Of a DNA stretch of 64,000 nt, positions 1 through 12,145 are shown piece after piece (the stretch's first letter is position 1; every line of letters begins with the position of its first letter). Under the pieces are notes generated by a model that saw only the letters and a list, made by a program, of their open reading frames with translations, made no database searches and was not told where the DNA came from. Source of the stretch: Eledone cirrhosa. Its lineage: Eukaryota. The stretch is taken from positions 16,058,001 to 16,122,000 of the forward strand of contig OZ024743.1 of NCBI GenBank assembly GCA_964016885.1. The letters are read 5' to 3'. A program made the position numbers and the translations under genes.

Positions 1-1869
1 TGTGTATAGTCCACTAATGGAAATTTGTATATTCTCAATAATGTATATATACACACTGAATATGCATATGTTTCCATGACTATGGAAGAAAGATAAATAA
101 AGGCAGGCTGTCAGGAAGACAAAGTCACACACACATGTATTGGTACACATACATGCACATACACATTTACTCACACACAAACATATTTGTGTGTATATAT
201 ATATATTTGTATACAAATACAAAGAGTGACAGAGAGAGAAAGCCAAATACAGACAGATAGATATAGTTTGAGAGATGTGGTCAATGTACAATGAAATGGA
301 AGAATAATTAACCAACTTTGTATGCAACACTCGCAGACAGATTATTTTTTTACATAAGATATTTTACATACACATCGCACTAAACAGAGATTGATGTATT
401 AATTGTACATATTGATTCGTAAATCAAACAATCAAAGCAAAACTCTTAGAATTCCAACAATGGTCGAGACTATAGTTTAGGGTAATTTGTTACCAAGACA
501 AATGTTAAACATAGAACAAATCTTTGGCTGTCTCCGAAACCTATTTTGATTTCTATGGTTCAATTGACAGCCAAATAGTTTACCAAGATATTAAATAATG
601 CTGTCGGCTAAAAGCTATTGAATTCAACTTTGGAAATATCAAACATTTTTTTCTCATTTTTTTTTCTTTTTTGCTTCACTGTTTTAATGATTTTTCTTTA
701 CTCATTTTTTATCTATTCGTGATTTTTTGTTTTACTATTTCTTTATAAAATATCGTTTAATTAGCATTTTGCCTCGAAAACATTCCATCTTCAGACAAAA
801 GCCAAAACGTTTATCTTAGTAAGGGATATAAGTTGATTTCTAAAAATATGCAACTATATAAATAGCTATGGTTAGTTATTTCTAGGTTTGAATCACCACA
901 AAACAACACAAACAATAACATCAGCACTGACTCTATTACAGCGAATACCAATGCTGCCCCCACTACATCACCACCACTAACAACAACAAAACTACTATAT
1001 TAACAAAGCTAATATTCCTATGGTTTCTTTCTAGCTGATCTGCTATACCTTAATTCCATTAAAAAGCAATTCTTGTTATTGTTGTATTCATTATCATTGC
1101 CTTAGTCATCATTTACATTAACACAGTCAATATCATCATTATCAGCATCGCTGCCCCTACCATTGCCTTTCTTCTCCTTCCCATCACCATCAACATCATA
1201 TAGCCCACAAGAGTTTATCTTCAAAGTAAAATCATTGAATTTTCTTTTTCTCTTACATCCCAAGTGAGTAAGCTTTTTATTCAATTAGAATGAGGATTAA
1301 ATTGCAAAATTGGAATATTGGTTTATAATTATGAATGCAAATATCTCCATTTCAGCATGTACACAGAGAAATGCATTCGCTATTTGAGATCTACTTTGTT
1401 TAGATAATTGCAACACTGAGCAATGGTACAATCAATTATCAAGATCATACACATTTCTAAATACTTCCATGCATACATTCATATATAAAAACATAAATGC
1501 ACACAGATGTAGCTATGCTCATATATTCTTACGCACCATCACATACAAACATGTATGCTACAAACTATCTATTAGTACTTTTGAATAGCTGGATAATTCA
1601 AGCAATGACAGTGACTAGCTAATATGTACTTTGCAAATATGCTCTGTAAAGGGAAATACTTTTCTAAAATTCAACAGGTAACACTTTATCATTTTTGTTA
1701 TCCCTATTCCAGTGGCAGTGCTTCATTGTAGTAAGAATTCAAGTAATTAAAAAAGTAAAGATTGCATACATATATAGATACATAAGATGAATGTAGTCTC
1801 TCACCTATCTCCTGAAATTGTGTTATGTAGTTTTGCCTACATAGGCCTCCTTTATTCATAAATGACCAA

Positions 1870-2172
1870 GGGTTTACACCTAGATAGACTTCATCACAGG
1901 CACAAGCCCAGATTAGGTATATTTCCGGAGGACCACCAGTCATCCATGCATACCATTTTCCATCTTTAAGTCACGAATGTTGTCCAAGTGAGAGGCAAAG
2001 GCTGATACAGCTTAGCACCAGTGATGTGTCAACTCATTCTTCTAATTGAGTGAACTAGAGAAACATGAAATAAAGTGTCTTGCTGAAGGACACAATGCAA
2101 TACCCTGTCTTGGGATTGAACACAACCTCAGGACAGTGAGCCCAATCCTCCAACCACTAAGCAACTTACCTT
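1870..2172 (-). mobile_element. Degraded tRNA-derived CORE-type SINE
   Basis: The reverse complement has an A-box-like 'ttgcttagtgg' and a B-box-like 'gttcaatccc'. It also has 'tgtgtccttcagcaagacactttatttcatg', shared with the other CORE-type SINE copies. The tail resembles 34345-34662. Confidence 0.7.
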
Positions 2173-2504
2173 CACTAGCTTTGCTGTTTTGACTTAGATG
2201 TGGATAAATGATCATTATGAAATATCCCCCAAATATTGTTATCGTTAGCATTCATCCAAATTTGCTGTAGATTTATATCCAACTACATATTGTGCAAACT
2301 TATATCTTTCCATACAATATGGCTAAGCACATTAATTACTCCAAATATAAATGCATCAATGGTCATTTCAAACAAACAAGACCATAACTATAAAACAATG
2401 TGTTTAAAAGCTATCATGTATATTCACAAAACTTTTTATTTTCTATCTGTACGGAGATATGTATAGATTTTTGGAAATACTCAGCAATGTGTTCAATTCC
2501 CAAG

Positions 2505-2850
2505 AAGGACTATCTGTGACCCTGCCAGCTGTCATCCTAGTGTACCCACAATCAAACTCTCAGAGGTAATGAAGATAATTGTTAATAATGACATACTATA
2601 AAACATTGAATCTACTTTTCTTAATAATGATTATAAGTGCAGCTTTCACAAAAGTTGATCTAATGAAGATCTACTCATCTATGTTACATAACATTGAACT
2701 TTTGGCATAGAGGAAATTAGTGAAAGTAGTGTTATTTATCTCAACATCAGTCCAGATTTTGCCTACACATGGCTCATGAATCTCTTGTCAAACCTGACAT
2801 ATGAGCACAATTTGTCTCTAACTTCAAGGATCTATGTTTTTGAATCAGAT
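2505..2850 (+). pseudogene. Very decayed non-LTR reverse transcriptase fragment (CR1/L2/Jockey-like)
   Basis: Manual translation with stops and frameshifts gives 'LNISPDFAYTW..NLLSNL', resembling the RT motif LDISKAFDRVWH..LLSKL. Confidence 0.35.
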
Positions 2851-3219
2851 TACACTGTCACTGTATGTGTTACTGAATATCAATCTGACAAATATGCACT
2901 TAAATCTGCTTTACTTTAAGGTTTGCTACTGTTGCTACACCTTGTTCTAACAAATCACTTCTAGCAACAACCATCATTCTATAGATAATACCAGCCACAT
3001 TTCCTCATTAATCTAACTCACTGAAGTATTGCCCTCAACACCTCACAACAAAGTGGCCCTGACACCAAACAAATAGAGGTCGGAAAAACATTGTGCAAGG
3101 AATTGATGCCAACCTTGTCACCATCAAAATTACAATCAGAGCAGACACCAAGTAAATATCAAGGTTTATCAATTGTGTCCAAAAGTAAAACATATATATG
3201 CACATATACTACACAGACC

Positions 3220-3249
<30 letters not shown>

Positions 3250-3256
<7 letters not shown>

Positions 3257-3670
3257 AAACAATAAGTGTAAGTCACCAGGCTAAAATTAACTTCGCTTAT
3301 TCATATTCGCTGTCATATATTTATTTCAGTGATAACCATTATTCAACAGGTATGACCTCATCAGACAGCTAGAACTTGAACAGAAAAAACAGAAATAACA
3401 TAATGATGGAACAAAGTTTACTTCCTTTATTTTAATCTTTTGCTATGCCCAGTCCCGAAGTATGGAGTTGTTTTCACAAAGGTGAGAAAACAACACCATA
3501 CTTTGGGGCTGGCTGCACATGTGTGCAAGGGTAAATGTAGATTAAGACATTGTGGAGAGGAGTTCAGTCCATTATGGAGACTGGTCTCAAGGAAGAAAAT
3601 CAGGTTCTGCTCACTCTTGGTGCGAGATGCTGGTGATCCAGGATGCAACAGGACATCCTGGAGTGAGACT
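3250..3670 (-). mobile_element. PLE 3' remnant (Neptune-like GIY-YIG C-terminus plus HHR) between (TA)n tracts
   Basis: ORF 3427-3648 contains 'RTKSEQNLIFFLETSLHNGLNS', matching the E..LIF.L.TL.P.GLN end of PLE GIY-YIG domains. An HHR motif lies downstream at 3309-3369. Confidence 0.6.
3309..3369 (-). ncRNA. Type I hammerhead ribozyme motif, probably inactive (G at the cleavage position)
   Basis: gctgt-CTGATGA-ggtcatacc...ggttatcact-GAAA-taaatata-TG-acagc. Stem I is gctgt/acagc. Confidence 0.6.
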
Positions 3671-4009
3671 ATATATATATATCTTCACAAGATTATGAAT
3701 TTATTTGCTTTGACATATGTTTCCAGATATACATAAACAAAACCTTATTTACCTTCATATATATATATATGTTTCATGGCTAAAATAAAAGAGTGCTCAA
3801 CACTGAAGTAGCGTTTTAATATTCATTTTATTAAGGTTGACTCTATGATAGTCAGGCAAAACTCCAGAGTAACAAAACTCTCTATTTAGCCTTAATAAAA
3901 TGTATAATATTTGATCTAGGGTTCTTATATACTTGATATATATTTATACTTATTGAGCTCTCTTTGGAGTTTAGTCTTCCCATTTATTATTATTACTATT
4001 TATATATCA

Positions 4010-4335
4010 TTCATCATTGTTTTAGGTCCATTCTTCCACGCTAGCATGGGTTAGATGGGTTGTCCTGTTGTGGGCAGTGCCCTGTCGCCTGACCTTGTCA
4101 TGCTCATATGGGAACTGATTTTGGCTTGATTTCTACAGGTGGATGCTCTTCCTAACACCAACCTCATTTAGATTGAATGGTCAGTGCTTTTTTTTCCATG
4201 GCGCCTACTTGACCACATTAGAGTGTGGACTGGGTGCTTTTTTGCCATGGTACCTCCACTACCACTTTGCAGTGGGAGGGAGTGGGGAATATTGTCTATA
4301 TACTTCAGCTTCGGCTTGTACCCGTGAGAAGTTGG
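4010..4335 (-). mobile_element. RTE family A 3' UTR fragment
   Basis: Clearly homologous to 4480-4790. Ends in cccatgctagcgtggaagaatggacc...(ATG)n next to a TA tract. Confidence 0.85.
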
Positions 4336-4348
4336 GTACATATATATA

Positions 4349-4403
<55 letters not shown>

Positions 4404-4412
4404 ATATATATA

Positions 4413-4470
<58 letters not shown>

Positions 4471-4471
<1 letters not shown>

Positions 4472-7400
4472 CATCATCATCATCATCACCGTTTTACGTC
4501 CGTTCTTCCTCGCTAGCATGGGTTAGACGGGTTGTCCTGTTGTGGGCAGTGTCTGGTCGGCTGACCATGCCTTGCTCATACAGGAACTGATTTGGCTTGA
4601 TTTCTACAGCTGGATGCCCTTCCTAACACCAACCTCATTTACAGTGAGTGCTGGGTGCTTTTTTGTGGCGCCTACACGTCCACTTTACAGTGTGGGCTGT
4701 GTGCTTTTTTGCCATGGCACCTCCACGACCAACTTGCGGTGGGGGTGTGGGGGCATATTGTCTATATGCTTCGGCTTGTACCCATGGGAGGTCGGGTACT
4801 CTGTATTGCTGTGTGACGCCAGAAGTCACGGTCGTGTGTCATTGTCTTTGAGAGGTGGAATCGGGTAAGGTCAGCTTTTATCACCTCATCCCAGGTCATC
4901 TTGGGTCTCCCCACTCCGCAGTTTCCATCAACTTCTAGTGCTCTGCACCTTTTTATGCAGCTGTCATCCTTCATACGCATCACATGACCATGCCAGCGCA
5001 GCTGCCTCTCCTGCACACAGCATTTAATAGTAATAATAATAATAATAATGAAATTATTGTGTAAAGTGCTCAGGTGCACTACAACTCGTCAATATAGTAC
5101 ATAGAATAATACACAAATGTCAGAGAAGTACATGTGTGTATGTGTTAGCTGTAGTGTTGGCGGATCTCGGGAAGCATGGAGTCCTTAAAGGATGCAGTGT
5201 CTCGACAGCTAACAACTGATGCAGGTAGTTTGTTCCATGCTTCAGCAAATCTGAGCGTGAGAAAATGTTTCCGAAAGTCATGGAAACTGTGCTGTTTTCT
5301 TACTTTGTGGGCATGTCCACGTGTGTTAGACACATGGAAATCGAAAAGGTACTCAGGGTTGTTGTTGGCAACATGGTTAACAATTTTGTGGGTGTTTACC
5401 AAGTCAGTTGCCAGGCGTCGGAGCTTCAATGAATCCATGCCCAGGGAAGCAAGGTGCTCAGAGTATGGTAGATGCCTGATGGAGGGTATTCGCTTGGTTG
5501 CACGTCTCTGAATTTGATTCCTCTTATGCTCAGTCTCTCTCTCAATTCATTTATGCTTTGTTGTTCCCGTATATTACTGTTACACATCCATCGGAGCATG
5601 CAGGCTTCGTTTCTCTCTAATCTACGTAAGTCTTCCACCTTCAGCGCCCAGGTCTCACTACCATGCAACATCGCTGTTCGGATACATGCATCATACAGTC
5701 TGCCTTTCATTCTGAGGGAGAAGCCTTTTGCAGCTAGCAGTGGTAGTAGTTCCCTAAACTTCTTCCATCCCGTTCTTACCCTAGTTATTGTACTTTCTGA
5801 ACACCCACCTCCGCTGCTAATTCGGCCACCTAGGTAGCAGAAGCTGTCTACTGTTTCTACAGGGCTCTCCCAGAGATTGGTGGTACTTGTTTCCTGTGGC
5901 TGTTTGCTGCTTGCTGTCTCAGCACAGCTGCTGCATGTGAATCCTAGATTCTTAATTAAGCTTCCTGAGATCCCGCTACATCTCTTGTGTACCCATTGTT
6001 TGCATTTGGGGCAGAGAATGGAGTTCCTACCTACACCTTTCCTACATACTGAGCAAGGCCATTTCCCTGAGGGGATCTGCGTTCTGTTTTCTTGTCTACT
6101 TACAAGGACCTTAGTCTTTGTCATGTTGACTTTCAGACCCTTTCTTTCTAGTCCCTGCTTCCAAGTTTGGAATTTCTTCTCTAGTTCTACCATAGATCAG
6201 CTATGAGTGCGAGGTCATCAGCATACAGGAGTTCCCATGGGCATCCGGTCTTAAACTCCTCCGTTATTGCCTGCAGGACTATGATGAACAGGAGAGGGCT
6301 AAGAACAGAGCCTTGGTGGAGCCCAACCTGTACGCTAAATTCCTCGCCATACTCATTGCTAATCCTAACTTTGCTGACTGCTCCCCTATACATGGCTTGT
6401 ACCACTTTCACAAGCCATTCAGCTACTCCTAGTTTTCTAAGAGCCCACCAGATTACAGCACGTGGAACTCTGTCAAAGACTTTCTCAAGGTCGACAAATG
6501 CAAGTAGAGTGGCTTACTTTTAGCTAGGTACTTTTCCTGTAATTGCCTCACAAGGAAGAGGGCATCAGTGGTGCCTCTTTCTGGTACAAACCCAAATTGC
6601 ATCTCGTCTATTTTCACCTGGTCCCTAATCAGCTGTGCTATAACTCTTTCTGTTACTTTCATGACCTGGTCCATCAACTTTATACCTCTATAGTTTCCTC
6701 TATCTAGTGCATCGCCTTTACCTTTGTAGCAGTTGACAATGATGCTACTGCACCAATCTCTTGGTATGGCACCTTCTAGTATTACCTGGTTAACGATACG
6801 TGTGGTTATAGTGTGACCTACAGACCCAGATGCCTTCAGCATCTCGGCAGCTATACCCGATGGACCGGTTGCCTTCCCCATCTTCATATCTTTGATTGCC
6901 TTACTTACTACGCTGCTGCTGACTTGTACTGCTGGCCCCTCATTTAGTAATCTATCATAATGACTCTTCCATGCATCTTTCTTCTCAGCACTTGTGAGGG
7001 CAAGCTCACCTTTATCATTCCGGATACACTTCTCTCCAATGACATCACAACTATCTCTGACACACTGCCTCGCAATCTTGAATACCTCCTGTTTCTGGTC
7101 CTCACGTTGCAAAACATGCTTGAATTTTCTATCCTCTGCTTCCCTCCTAGCTAAGTATACTTGTTGCCTAGCTTTCCTCTTGGTCTCTATGTAATGTACC
7201 CTGCTCCCCCCGTTCTTCCATTCTTTCCATGCCTGTCTCTTGGCCTTAACTGCTTCATCTACCTTATTGTTCCACTACCAAGTCACTCTCCTCCTGCTTG
7301 AGGTCTTACTCCAGCCACAGACCTCATCCGTCGCCTCTAGTAAATTATTTTTTAGGAACTCCCAGTTCTCTTCTACATTAAATGTCTGTATCTGTTCTTC

Positions 7401-8092
7401 TTTACTGTCGTAGGCGTTGAGTAAAATATCTTTAAATCTGTTACTGGTTGAGGTGACTTTCAGCTTCCTGATCTTTCTTCTCCAGGTTGGCCTCTGTTTC
7501 CGGGTTCGTCTAGTTCTGACCGTGAGGTCGCTGACAACTAAGCTATGTTGGGATGTACATTCCTCACTAGGGAAGGCTTTTGTGTTTACGACCGTCCATC
7601 TGTCACGTCCTCTGATGAGGAATAAATCTAACTGACTAGAGTGCTCCACTGATCTATAGGTGATCAGGTGGTTGTCGGGTTTTTTAAAGTTTGTGTTACA
7701 TATCGACATGTCATTAGCGTCGCAGAATTCTAGAAGTCTGAATCCTTCCTCATTCCTTGTGCCAACCCCATGGCCTCCATGTACTCTATTGAAGCCGTCG
7801 CAGTGTTTACCTACGTGTCCGTTAAAATATCCTGCGATGATTAGTAAGTCATTGTCATCTGTTAGAGCAGTAGTGTGCATTAGGGACTCGTAAAACCTAT
7901 CCTTAAGTTCGTCTGACAGCCCCGATTGGGGTGCGTAAGCTGATATTATTGTGGTAATTGTTTTATTCAGGACTAGTCTGAGTTTAATGATTCTTGCATT
8001 TACCCTGTACACTGAGATTACTTTATCTACCCACTTGTCAGCTAGTAGTATACCTACACCACCCATCCCATCGTCATTTCCCACCCAGAAAA

Positions 8093-8095
<3 letters not shown>
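4471..8095 (-). mobile_element. RTE-clade LINE (family A), 5'-truncated within the AP endonuclease, frameshifted, interrupted by a CR1-like insert
   Basis: ORF pieces: APE (GVGILL, ISAYAPQ, FNGHVG, SQLDLFL, SQHSLVV) and RT (NYRGIKL, QFGFVP, GLHQGSVLSPLLF, LLYADD). These are followed by a C-x2-C..C-x2-C..H..C finger, then WHGHVMR and GRPKMTW. It has an (ATG)n tail and TA tracts on both sides. Confidence 0.95.
5026..5511 (-). mobile_element. CR1/L2-type LINE 3' fragment nested in the RTE
   Basis: 'SLKLRRLATDL..THKI...TRGHAHKVRK...RKHFLTLR..EAWNKLP..VV' is a CR1-group C-terminus, with an (ATT)n tail. The uninterrupted RTE copy at 21945 reads cacagcatttgattcc. Here attt appears on both sides of the insert. 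Confidence 0.9.
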
Positions 8096-8191
<96 letters not shown>

Positions 8192-8222
8192 TACATATAT
8201 AGAACTCTGCGTGTTTGTGCAA

Positions 8223-8273
8223 CTGTTTGTATATGAGCATCTAATTGTGAATAAGATGCTCATATACAAACAG
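8223..8273. repeat. 20-bp perfect inverted repeat; the surrounding ~65-bp segment is repeated directly near 8545-8612
   Basis: ctgtttgtatatgagcatct / agatgctcatatacaaacag. Confidence 0.85.
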
Positions 8274-8368
8274 CTCATATACAACAATTTGAAGACTAAA
8301 ATCCAAAGAGGGCTCGATAAGGATAAATATATATCAAATATATGAGAACTGTAGAGCAAATGTTTATT

Positions 8369-8462
8369 AAAATAACAGATTAAAGTTTAAGCAAAGAATC
8401 GCTGCTTTTACCGTTAAGGGTGAAAGCAGCAATATTTTGCTTAAACTTTAATCTGTTATTTT
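8369..8462. repeat. Imperfect fold-back with ~44-bp arms
   Basis: aaaataacagattaaagtttaagcaaa...tttgcttaaactttaatctgttatttt. Confidence 0.85.
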
Positions 8463-8468
8463 GAAAAA

Positions 8469-8546
<78 letters not shown>

Positions 8547-9268
8547 CATACATATATAGAACTCTGCGTGTTTGTGCAACTGATTGTGTATGAGCATCTA
8601 ATAGTAAATAAGAAGAAAATGTAAGAAGAAATATAAGATTTTAATGGAAAGTAAACTTTTTTATGTCCTTACTCTAATATAAAGTTTTCTGATCTTATGT
8701 AAAATAGAATAAATCCGAAATTAGTAAGATATTTGCAGACAACCAAAAGCTCCAATCAACGATTCGATAATCTTGCCCATGACTTTCATAATGAAACATC
8801 GCTTTGGATATAACGTATGACCTGTTAAGTTACTATAAACATTTTTAAAAGGTTAAATAAAAGTACATACAGAGGAAGATAAATGAAGAAGAAAGAGGAG
8901 GAATTGGATGGAAAGAAGAAGAAGAAGAAGAAGAAGAAGAAGAACGTCTGATGGCAATGAACAAGATTGTAAAATGTTATATTGAAAAATATATGTAAAA
9001 TTAATGAATAGGAAAAACCGATGGATCTCTTCCAAAATGTAAAAATAAGAATGTGTTTACAATAATATCAAATCGAAACGGTGTCAATAAATAGATGCCA
9101 AAGCATACACATAGATACATACAATATAAAATAACATATAAGTATACACAAATAAAGACACACAAACAATTTGTTAATATATATATATATGTGTGTGTAT
9201 ATAAATATATATATATATATGCATACACACACACATATACATATATATATATGTATGTACATACACAC

Positions 9269-9354
<86 letters not shown>

Positions 9355-9358
9355 ATAA

Positions 9359-9395
<37 letters not shown>

Positions 9396-9804
9396 GAGAG
9401 AGAGAGAAAGAGAGAAAATGTGTGTGTCTGTATGAGTGAGACAGATAGATAAATAATAGTAATAATCTGAAGCTTCCAGTTATTCATGCGACTGATAAAA
9501 AATACTGAAGAACATTTCCTTTTCCTCTTTCTCAAACAATAAAATATACATACATACACAACGTATTCAACAGGCATGTGTGTCTGTATCTCGATTGGGT
9601 AATAGATTTCTTAACATCTAAGCATATTTATAACTTGTTTTTATGTATAACTGCATACTTAGAAGAATAGTATGAGTGTGTGACAAAGTCGATACTTGTT
9701 TAGCTATCGCTATATATCTAACTATGTATGTACATATGAATGTAGTTATGTGTGTATGTATGCACAAACGTATTACAGTGTGCACAATAAATATACAAAA
9801 TAAT

Positions 9805-9990
9805 TGTTTCTATGTTTGGCACGACCAGCAATTAAACCAGTGCATTACTGGTACTTTATTTTATTGACCCCATAAGGATGATAGGCAGAGTTAACCTCAG
9901 TGGGATTTGAACTCAGACCATACAGGGGCGTAACTCTATGATGTAAAGCATGGCATCCAACCCTCTACCGGTACTGCCAATGAACCACCT
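9805..9990 (-). mobile_element. SINE of a second group (gcctttcatcc..ggggtc.ataaa.taaagtaccag body)
   Basis: The reverse complement has a B box gagttcaaatccc, then ctgcctatcatccttatggggtcaataaaataaagtaccag. The same body occurs at 16017-16102 and 54225-54365. Confidence 0.7.
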
Positions 9991-10498
9991 TATATACAAA
10001 ATAGTATGGATTAGAAGGAACTGATGAAGAGATTACTACACTATAGTACTTTGTTTCTTTTTGATTTACATTCTTCATCCTTTCTCCACTATTTTTTTTC
10101 TCTTTCATAATTCTCAATAAAACCAATTTTGCTCTATCGTTCTAATTCCAGCTTTTCTTCTCTTCTCTCTCTCTCTCTTATTATCTCATTTCTCATCATA
10201 TGCTCGGGATTCTCTTTCTTTCATTCTTTCCTTCTTCCTCTTCTTCTCTGACCATTCTTCCACTCATATGAGGTTATATTTTAACACGACTTTTGCTATG
10301 CATTATAGTAGCTGGCTGTTTTACAGCTATTTCTGCATTTGAGATTCGTACAATTTTGTGAAAATAGTGTGTTGTGTTTCTGAAACATGAATTGAATCAC
10401 TTTTATATGTGTGACATACATGAATAAGCAACGTCCTGGTATCTCTTCATTAGACTATGTGTGTGTGTAAGAGAAAGAGAGAGACAAAGACATGCTTC

Positions 10499-10652
<154 letters not shown>

Positions 10653-10994
10653 CATATATATATATACATACACACATGCATATGAAGCATTTATGAATTT
10701 ATCCTTGAATGTGTATATGTGACTGATTATGTGCTTCAATATGTGTTATTATGAATCTTTTTTATATGAAACTGTTCAAAAGGATGTACATAAAAAAAAG
10801 GAAAAATAGGGTGAGTGAGAAGAAGAGGAAGAATGATAGTGAGTGTTTTTTGAGAATATTTAAAGATCATAAGCATATTTATGACTACGATCATACAAGA
10901 AAATTGCAATTACCTTTCTGTAGAACTGGGAAACTGTTTTACCTTATATATATAAGTATATGCATATAGTCACAATATATTTATATGAGTTAAG

Positions 10995-11150
10995 GTATGT
11001 GTTTTAGTAGTTAGAATGTTTAGCTCACAATCAGAATGTCATGAGTTGGATTCCTGGACTGATTGCGCACTTGAGCAAGATATTTTATTTTATGGCCTCC
11101 ATTAATTGAATTAACTGGAGCACTCATCGTCATGAATGATGAAGGTTCAA
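10995..11150 (+). mobile_element. Internally deleted CORE-type SINE
   Basis: Degenerate tRNA head, then cttgagcaagatattttatt, then a tail aactggagcactcatcgtc like that of 30478. Confidence 0.55.
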
Positions 11151-11591
11151 TAACATATACATTTATGAAGCCGATAGAAATATAAGAAACACAGTTACAG
11201 AAATAACTGCAAATACAGTTGATTACTATAAATAATATCTAACCCTTATGGACAGAGAAGGTGGCTAGTGTCTGCTACTGCACACCTTTTTCTGTCAATA
11301 AGGGTATTTTACCCGATTTTCTAAGCTATTATTTATAGCTATGAACTATATTTGTAGCTATTTCTGCACTTGAGGTTTTTACTTTTTCCCTGAGCTTCTT
11401 AATTCCTCTGTGCTCTTCTTCTTATTATTATTATTATTATTCCTCCTCTCATCCTCCTCATCCTCCTCCTCTCCTTCTACTACTACTGCCATTGAAGTCA
11501 ACAGCCAGTCAGACAGTGACTGCTACTACCACCACACCACCATGGAAGAGAGAGAGATAAATGACAATGTGAATTTATATATATGTAATCT

Positions 11592-12145
11592 ATGATAATG
11601 ATAATGAGATTATTGTGTACAGTGCTCAGGTGCACTACAACTCATCAAAGGTGCATGTATAGTACATAAAATAATATACAAATGTCAGAGAAGTGAATAG
11701 TGTATGAGCAAGGATATACATGTGTGCGTGTGTATGGAGGGGGAATATTAGGTGTAGTGTTGGCGAATCTCAGGAAGCATGGAGGTTTCAAAGGATGCAG
11801 TGTCTCAGCAGCTAATAACTGATGCAGGTAGTCTGTTCTATGCTTCAGCAACTCTGAGCGTAAAAAAGTGTTTCTGAAAGTCATGGGAGCTGTGCTATTT
11901 TCTGACTTTGTTGGCATACCCACATGTGTTAGACACATGGAAATCAAAAATGTACTCAGGGTTGTTGATGGCAAGATGGTTAATAATTTTGTGGTGTTTA
12001 CGAAGTCAGTTGCCAGGCGTCAGAGCTTCAATGTATCCATGCCCAGGGAAGCAAGGCATTCAGAGTATGGGAGATGCCTGATGGAGGGTATTCGCTTGGT
12101 TGCACGTCGCTGAACAGTTTCCAGGTGGCTATTGTTCTGAGCAAA
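11592..12145 (-). mobile_element. CR1/L2-type LINE 3' fragment (same family as 5026-5511)
   Basis: Colinear, high similarity to 5045-5511. Extends slightly further 5'. Confidence 0.9.

Noticed and set aside
740-802. Minus-strand CTGAAGA with a possible stem II
   Set aside because: GAAA is replaced by TAAA and stems I and III are poor, so it is not supportable.
3818-3910. Inverted repeat cattttattaagg/ccttaataaaatg
   Set aside because: Short AT-rich arms with no ribozyme core and no other copy in the window.
10021-10060. ctgatga core-like heptamer
   Set aside because: No downstream GAAA and no closing stem I.
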